The notes under the pieces are model-generated. The model was given only the letters and a program-made list of their open reading frames with translations, was not told the origin of the DNA and searched no databases. Below are positions 56,695 through 64,000 of a stretch of DNA of 64,000 nt, one piece after another (positions within the stretch are counted from its first letter, which is position 1; each line of letters starts with the position of its first letter). Both the position numbers and the translations under genes were made by a program. Origin of the DNA: Octopus vulgaris (lineage: Eukaryota); NCBI GenBank assembly GCA_951406725.2, contig OX597838.1:18538001-18602000 (forward strand). Reading direction: 5' to 3'.

Positions 56695-56865
56695 CGCTTG
56701 ACAACCGATACTGGTGTGCTTACATCCACGTAACTTAGCGTTTCGACAAAAGCGACCGATAGAATAAGTACTGAGATTACAAAGGATAAGTCCCGCGGTC
56801 GATTTGCTCAACTAAAGACGGTGCTCAAGCACAAATAAAAGATTAAAAGAATAAAAGAAAAGAAT
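56695..56865 (+). mobile_element. SINE A 3' half
   Basis: cgcttgacaaccgat...ataagtact...gtcgatttgctc. Confidence 0.85.
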
Positions 56866-56872
56866 ATAGATA

Positions 56873-57064
56873 TTAGGTTGGTGCATAATTAATGCGGACC
56901 TTTTTTTTTTTCAATAAATTTAAACACAACGCCAAGCAGCAATTGAAGTAGATGGTGAATATGCTCCGGGATAATCATTTAAATATGTTTTTGTTAAATG
57001 TTGTTATTGTTTTTGTTGAATAAAATTTATTGAAAAAAGCCGCAAGACTTATGCACCAACCTAA
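56873..57064. mobile_element. Mariner-type MITE
   Basis: TIRs ttaggttggtgcataa / ttatgcaccaacctaa flanked by TA. Confidence 0.9.
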
Positions 57065-57102
57065 TATATGTATGTATGTTTGTTTGTTATTTTTGTTTCT
57101 TC

Positions 57103-57392
57103 TCAAGCCATGCCTGGCTCATAAGGGCCGGTTTCCCGGTTTCCTTGGCGTATAGGTTCCCCACCTGGACGGGACGCCGGTCCGTCGCAGGTGAGCTGCA
57201 TGATGCAGGAGGGAAGAGGGAGAGAAAGTTGTAGCGAAAGAGTCACCTGAAGCTCGCCATTACCTTCTGCCGGGGCCGCGTGGAGCTTAGGTGTCTCGCT
57301 CATAAACACACACATCGCCCGGTCCGAGATTCGAACCCACGATCCCTCGACCGCGAGTCCGCTGCTCTAACCACTAGGCCATGTGCCTCCAC
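57103..57392 (-). mobile_element. SINE C-related element with a third tail type
   Basis: Head ggaggcacatggcctagtggttagagcagcgg; tail cctgcgacggaccggcgtcccgtccagg...gaaaccgggaaacc. Confidence 0.85.
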
Positions 57393-57524
57393 TATGTATG
57401 TATGTATGTATGTATGTATGTATGTATGTATGTATGTATGTATACGTAAAGAAAATGGCAAAATCGACGGATAGACATCATTTTATTAATAGAACTCCAA
57501 TCACAAATAATCTCAATTCCTTAC

Positions 57525-57617
57525 AGCCTACAATTGCTTTCATACTCAATTAATTCAAACAACAAAGTTAAATTAAGATGTATTTGAATATAATTAATTG
57601 AATATTTCATCAGGGTT
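57525..57617 (-). ncRNA. Hammerhead motif with long stem II (one-base insertion)
   Basis: aacc CTGATGA A ATATTCAATTAATT..AATTAATTGAGTAT GAAA(G)C AATT GTA ggct. Confidence 0.6.
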
Positions 57618-57683
57618 AGAAATCGATATAAAAAGGAATCACATCTCAACGGATTGATTGATCAATCATTGACAGACTCTTAA

Positions 57684-57722
<39 letters not shown>

Positions 57723-57838
57723 TCGCAATAATATATATATATATGTATATATACACATATATATGTATATATATATATATACATGTATATACATACATAC
57801 ATTATATATATATATATATATATATATATGGGGGGGTA

Positions 57839-57887
<49 letters not shown>

Positions 57888-57967
57888 TCGCAATAATATA
57901 TATATATATGTATACATACACATATATATGTATATATATATATATATACATGTATATACATACATAC

Positions 57968-58038
<71 letters not shown>

Positions 58039-58048
58039 GGGTGTATGA

Positions 58049-58081
<33 letters not shown>

Positions 58082-58123
58082 TACTATTTATCATGATCCT
58101 CATCATCATCATCATCATCTTCA

Positions 58124-58200
<77 letters not shown>

Positions 58201-58651
58201 GTATATCCCCCCAACCAACCTCCCACACTGTCCCTTAAAATAGCAAACATTCCTTAGCTACACACAAGAGAAAATGTCAGAAAGACAGGTCAGTTATTCC
58301 TCTACAATTTTTTGTAAATTCTTAAATATATCTCCCTCTGTGTATGTATATATATACTACCAAACAAACATGATTTGGAGTCCTGTTCTGATTATTTTCT
58401 TAAATACTTTCTAGTAAACTGTTTTTAACATTTTCTTATTATTCTCAAAGAATGTATATCTGTTTTTTAATTTTTTTTGTGATAATCAGTACTTAATACA
58501 ACAAAGGTCATACAAAGCTTTACATTTTACTTTTGACAATCTTTTTCTAAGAAGTGAAACGGGTCAAGTGAATAAACATCTTTAAAATTGCATATTCAAA
58601 CCTTCTTCATATATATATATATATATATATATATGCATTTTTATATATATA

Positions 58652-58720
<69 letters not shown>

Positions 58721-58725
<5 letters not shown>

Positions 58726-58936
58726 ATCCAAACAAGAATGCACAAAAAAAACACAACAACGCGAGGACGTGGAACAAGTATAGTATTGTTGGACGCTCAG
58801 GAAAGAAGGAAAGAAGGAGGGTTTAACGTTTCGAGCGGAGCTCTTCGTCGGAAACATAGGAGAAGGAACGATCCAGAGAAGGGAAGACAGAGGGGAAAAA
58901 AATCGCCAACGGTACACACGCGGTCACATTTTGAAT
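58721..58936 (-). mobile_element. Family D element, full length
   Basis: Core at 58821-58855; (TA)n on the left flank. Confidence 0.85.
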
Positions 58937-58944
58937 GACCATAG

Positions 58945-59065
58945 ATGCAGGAGTGGCTGTGTGGTAAGAAGCTTGCTTCCCAACCACATGGTTCCAGGTT
59001 CAGTCCAACTATGTAGCACGTTGGGCAAGTATCTTCTACTGAGGCCTCGGGCCGATCAAAGCTTT
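58945..59065 (+). mobile_element. SINE A 5' part
   Basis: gcaggagtggctgtgtggtaagaagc...ttgggcaagt. Confidence 0.88.
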
Positions 59066-59263
59066 ATTAGTCGATTTTACTCAATGCCATGCCAGAGATT
59101 AATGATATTTTATTTAGGCCTAAGTCAGCCCCTCGCTACTTTGACTTTCACCTACAGGCATTTGCCTGAAGATCCTGAGTTTCTACAGGGGAACCTCAGA
59201 GTAGGAAGAGGCTGACTCGACCGCATAATAACATTCATACTACACTCACACACACACATGCAT

Positions 59264-59330
<67 letters not shown>

Positions 59331-59545
59331 CAGTAATCCCCCGTCACGTCGCGGTTCACTTATCGCGGTTCATTATTTAGGCTTACGTCAAGTCCTCCGT
59401 GGTGTTGATTAGCATTTATAATAAAACAAATATATACAAATTATTAAAATAATTTTTAAAATATGCAGTACTGTTTCTACTTCGCGAATTTTCACCAATT
59501 GCGGGGTTTGGGAATATAACGCCCGCGATAGTCGAGGAATTACTG
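59331..59545. mobile_element. pogo/Tigger-like MITE
   Basis: Ends cagtaatcccccgtcacgtcgcgg / ccgcgatagtcgaggaattactg. Confidence 0.7.
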
Positions 59546-59553
59546 CATATGTG

Positions 59554-59615
<62 letters not shown>

Positions 59616-59875
59616 AAGCGATGAATAGCTTTTTGCCGAAACCATGGTTCGCTTTGTTCTCTTATTTTATTATCATCTTATAATCATCTCATAATAATGA
59701 CTTTTATGACTCTTATTACTACCTCAGTCCATCTAAATGTATATATTTGTCGTTACCTGTCATTAATAGCTTTTTTCTTATTTGCAATGTGCATTTTCGT
59801 TGATTTTTCATATTTTACCCTTACCTTTCCACGTGTATTTTATATTTTCTTTTTGTAACGTATTTCTACTATATA

Positions 59876-59958
<83 letters not shown>

Positions 59959-60624
59959 GCATATATATATATATATAAATACGCACACTATACACACAAA
60001 TGTATATGCTGTAAACTTTGGTTAAGCCGTGCTTCGAGTAGAATATGTCCGCTTTAGTTGATTGGGTTAACGGATGGTAGAGCTCAATATTATATATGAA
60101 GTGAATGTAAAATATGAAAATATTTTGTATAGAATTTTAATAGTTCAATCTATAAAAATTGAAAAATTCTTGCTGTAAATTGTTGCATGCGAAAGATGAG
60201 AGCTGATCTTGTGGCGGATAATAGCGTTGGTGGATATAAGTTGACACTTCGAGTCAATAGACACGGATACGCCACTGATTGTTGACTCCCCGCTGAAGCA
60301 AATTTGAAACAAATTAACTTGAAGAATGATCGAATTTCATTTTTTTTTTTATTTACAAATGCTAACTCCTGGTAATGGATACACATATCGCTCTTTGATG
60401 TTGATAATATTGGTGAAAAGAGCGTTGCTGTTGGATAATTTAGCGTATAATATGTTGATATTCAAAAGATTTAACGGTTTCTTGTATAATATGAACTTGG
60501 AGTTTCTGAAACATTTTTTTATCGTCTTCAATATCACCACTTTCTCCGCTATCATGAAGGAGAACTCTCTCCAAAATTTTCTTTAATCATTATTTGGTAT
60601 TCAGAATTGCCTTCTATACTTATA

Positions 60625-61007
60625 CTAGCAGTATCGCCCGGCGTTGCTCGGGTTTGTTTCGACCCTTTAGAATTGGAATTTTTGAAAAGTAAAAATTTTA
60701 CATTATGTAACTTGTTATTCTCTTTAAGTGAACATTTTTCTGGTTGAAATACACCGAAAAATGGCGACACAGCAGTCGTAAAAAATAGGGATTTTCATAG
60801 AAAAAAATCACTTTTTTGATGTAAATAAATGTTGTGTTAACATGGTTCGATATGAATTTTTTCTTCTACGGAAGGAAGAGCAAGCCTTCTTCTATCATAC
60901 TCTCAATTTTGGTCAACTTGCGCCGCAGGGTCTCGGATGAGATAGTGTTAGTTGAAGGGTACCAAACCTGCCATACACAGACAACTTCAGCTTTATATAG
61001 AGAGAGA
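60625..61007 (-). mobile_element. Non-autonomous Helitron, complete
   Basis: 5' TC, 3' hairpin cccgagcaacgccggg (60637-60652) then CTAG (60625-60628); inserted between A and T without a TSD. Confidence 0.88.
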
Positions 61008-61292
61008 TAGCACATTTTGATTTTGTGACGTCTTCTGTGACATCTGTTTAGCGTAGCTTCTAAATTACTTCGAATCCTTCAACATCATATTATGCCTCTA
61101 CAGCTGTATTTTACCAAGGATTAACTGCCATGACAGTCTTCAGCGCCTTCTATGAAATTGCTACATTAATTATTGAAGACTTATGGTTGTATCTCTTGAT
61201 GTTACCGAGATTTCGTTGTTTCCATCGGTCTTCGTTAAGTTCACCCTCTTCTATCAACACGAATCTTCGGTCCAAATATTTTCGTTGGCTGT

Positions 61293-61678
61293 GAGGAAGC
61301 ACTCCGTCGGTTACGACGACGAGGGTTCCGGTTGATCCGATCGACGGAACAGCCTGCTCGTGAAATTAACGTGTAAGTGGCTGAGCACTCCACAGACACG
61401 TGTACCCTTAACGTAATTCTCGGGGATATTCAGCGTGACACAGAGAGTAACAAGGCCGGCCCTTTGAAATACAGGTACAACAGAAACAGGAAGTAAGAGT
61501 GAGAGAAAGTTGTGGTGAAAGAGTACAGCAGGGAACACCACCATCCCTGCCGGAGCCTCATGGAGCTTTTAGGTGTTTTCGCTCAATAAACACTCACAAC
61601 GCCCGGTCTGGGAATCGAAACCGCGATCCTACGACCGCGAGTCCGCTGCCCTAACCACTGGGCCATTGCGCCTCCACG
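61293..61678 (-). mobile_element. SINE family C, full length, 10-bp TSD cgttggctgt
   Basis: TSD at 61283-61292 and 61679-61688. Confidence 0.95.
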
Positions 61679-61897
61679 CGTTGGCTGTAATTATATTTCG
61701 ATCCATTGGCTTCAATGTGGAAATATCATTGTATGGTAAGTGAGTCCATTTTATTATACCGTCATTAGCAACAGGTTAATGAACACCTTGAGGCGCGGGC
61801 GAATATGTACAAGGTAAAAAAATAAGCTGCCCTCTCACCTCATCAACAGAAACCTTGAGAATAGCTTTCCAATAGTTACGCATCGAAATATTAAATA

Positions 61898-62466
61898 CAG
61901 GAAGAAACAGTAATTAAAGATGAAAATGTTAAAACATAATATTTTGGCCGGATCATAGATGGATGAGTGTATCTATGTGAGTTGTATGCTTGTATTTGTC
62001 TTCAAAACCAAGTCTGTTCCCGTCCCCGAAAACCAGCGGTTCGGCAAAAAGAAACCGATATAAAAAGTACCAGGCTTTGTAGGAAGAAACAGTAATTGAA
62101 GATTAAAATGTTAATGAATGATATTTTGGGGGGATCATAGATGGATGAGTGTATCTATGTGAGTTGTATGCTTGTGTTTGTCTTCCACTACTGCTTAAAA
62201 ACCAAATCTGTTCACGTCCCCGAAAACCAGCGGTTCGGCAAAAAGAAACCGATATAAAAAGTACCAGGTTTTGCAGGAAGAAACAGTAATTGAAGATTAA
62301 AATGTTAAAACATAATATTTTGGCCGGATCATAGATGGATAAGTGTATCTATGTGAGTTGTATGTTTGTATTTGTCTTCCACTACTGCTTAAAAACCAAA
62401 TCTGTTCACGTCCCCGAAAACCAGCGGTTCGGCAAAAAGAAACCGATATAAAAAGTACCAGGTTTT
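61898..62466 (+). repeat. Three tandem ~190-bp units containing part of SINE A
   Basis: Units start at 61898, 62080 and 62274; the last continues into a SINE A tail to ~62560. Confidence 0.93.
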
Positions 62467-62614
62467 AAAATTAGTATTGTGATTCATTTATTCGACTAAA
62501 ATATTCAAGGCGGTAACCCAGCATGGTTGCAGTCCAATGATCGAAACTAGTAATAGGCGAAATATAAATACAAACTTTAGGCTATTTTGACAGCTTAATC
62601 TTTCTTTCTTATTT

Positions 62615-63027
62615 CTTTATTTCCCACAAGAGGCTAAACATAGAGGGGACAAACAAGGACAGACAATTGGATTAAGTCGATTACATAGACCCCAGTGCGT
62701 AACAGTAATTAATTTATCGACCAAGAAAGGATGAAAGGCAAAATGGATCTTGGCGGAATTTGAACTCAGAACGTAACGGCAGACGAAATACCTATTTCTA
62801 TTCTTTACTACCCACAAGGGGCTAAACACAGTGAGGACAAACAAGGACAGACAAACGGATTAAGTCGATTATATCGAACCCAGTGCGTAACTGGTACTTA
62901 TTTAATCGACCCCGAAAAGATGAAAAGCAAAGTCGACCTCGGCGGAATTTGAACTCAGAACGTAACAGCAGACGAAATACGGCTACGCATTTCGCCCGGC
63001 GTGCTAACGTTTCGGCCAGCTCGCCCC
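62615..63027 (-). mobile_element. SINE B dimer
   Basis: Same two-unit architecture as 55095-55512. Confidence 0.9.
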
Positions 63028-63283
63028 TTAATCTTTCTTTCTGTGTGTCTATTATAAGACTTCAAGCAAACTGCATCCAGATTATACATGAGACTGCAAG
63101 AACATGATTATTGCACAAAAACTACGTTTCTTCAGTTTAAAAATTTTCAGTTAATTCCTGCATTCTATTTTTTAGCAAGAAGCCTTATGTAACTAAGCTG
63201 CTTAATAGAGAACAGAAGAACCAGGAAGAAGAGATGTGAATAAATTAGAACAACAGGCACGTTTAATGGCTAATTGTTTAGAG

Positions 63284-63696
63284 AGGCGCAGGAGTGGCTG
63301 TGTGGTAAGTAGCTTGCTTACCAACATGGTTCCGGGTTCAGTCCCCACTGTGAGGCAGCTAGAGCAAGTGTCTTCTACTATAGCCTCGGGCCGACCAAAG
63401 CCTTGTGAGTGGATTTGGTAGACGGAAACTGAAAGAAGCCAGTCGTATATATGTATGTATATGTATGCGTGTGTATATGTTTGTGTGTGTGTGTGTGTGT
63501 TTGTACCCCCAACATCGCTTGACAACCGATGGTGGTGTGTTTACGTCCCCGTAACTTAGCGGTTCGGCAAAAGAGAACCGATAGAATAAGTACTAGGCTT
63601 ACAAAGAATTAAGTCCTGGTGTCGATTTGCTCGACTAAAGGCGGTGCTCCAGCATGGCCACAGTCAAATGACTGAAACAAGTAAAAGGATAAAAGA
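63284..63696 (+). mobile_element. SINE family A, full length
   Basis: ggcgcaggagtggctgtgtggtaag head through the gactgaaacaagtaaaag tail. Confidence 0.96.
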
Positions 63697-63698
63697 TA

Positions 63699-63748
<50 letters not shown>

Positions 63749-63776
63749 AAAAAAGCAACAAGAATGGATCAATATA

Positions 63777-63861
63777 TCGGTACAATTGTTTCGTACGAGG
63801 ACATCTTTAATAAAGCTACAAAAATTGCAGTAAATATAGGTGGCTCATACTCATCAGCCGA
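63777..63861 (-). ncRNA. Canonical type I hammerhead ribozyme (family G)
   Basis: tcgg CTGATGA GTATGAG..CTCGTAC GAAAC AATT GTA ccga; palindromic stem III ACAATTGT. Confidence 0.85.
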
Positions 63862-64000
63862 AAAAACATCAGAGATTCCCAAACATCAAAGGGGGTAATG
63901 TTACACTTATGAAACATCATGAAAAATTCTATAAAAATGAGAATTTAGATAACATATTGGTTTCTAAGAGTTCAATTAGTATTACACAGTCATATATATA

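Larger units (their letters stand above)
60300..61760 (-). pseudogene. Possible pogo/Tigger transposase relic interrupted by a Helitron and SINE C
   Basis: Across the SINE insertion the minus strand reads TLKPMDRNIITAN (cf. LQPMDQGII), then INVAIS*KALK....NPW*. Highly decayed; boundaries uncertain. Confidence 0.4.

Noticed and set aside
61898-62466. CRISPR-like periodicity
   Set aside because: Whole units are duplicated without unique spacers; eukaryotic context, no cas genes.

Overview
AT-rich eukaryotic intergenic/intronic DNA with no confidently recognisable host gene. Almost all ORF-track entries are translations of (TA)n, (CA)n, (TACA)n, (GATA)n or trinucleotide microsatellites. The repeat content looks like an Octopus (coleoid cephalopod) genome; this is inferred from remembered SINE families, not from a search. 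The window holds dozens of tRNA-derived SINE copies of at least 5 families and decayed Penelope-like element (PLE) ORF fragments (RT thumb/linker and GIY-YIG). It also holds 3' ends of a CR1-type and an RTE-type LINE, two mariner relics, a possible pogo/Tigger relic, several MITEs and a non-autonomous Helitron. The main unannotated signal is about 20 minimal type-I hammerhead-ribozyme motifs in several short, mostly (TA)n-flanked, probably PLE-derived element families. Two are fully canonical (27854-27956 +, 63777-63861 -), others are near-canonical, and two families carry recurring core variants with a covarying stem I. A SINE/LINE partner pair sharing a 3' tail is also directly visible. Coordinates were counted by hand and element boundaries are approximate.
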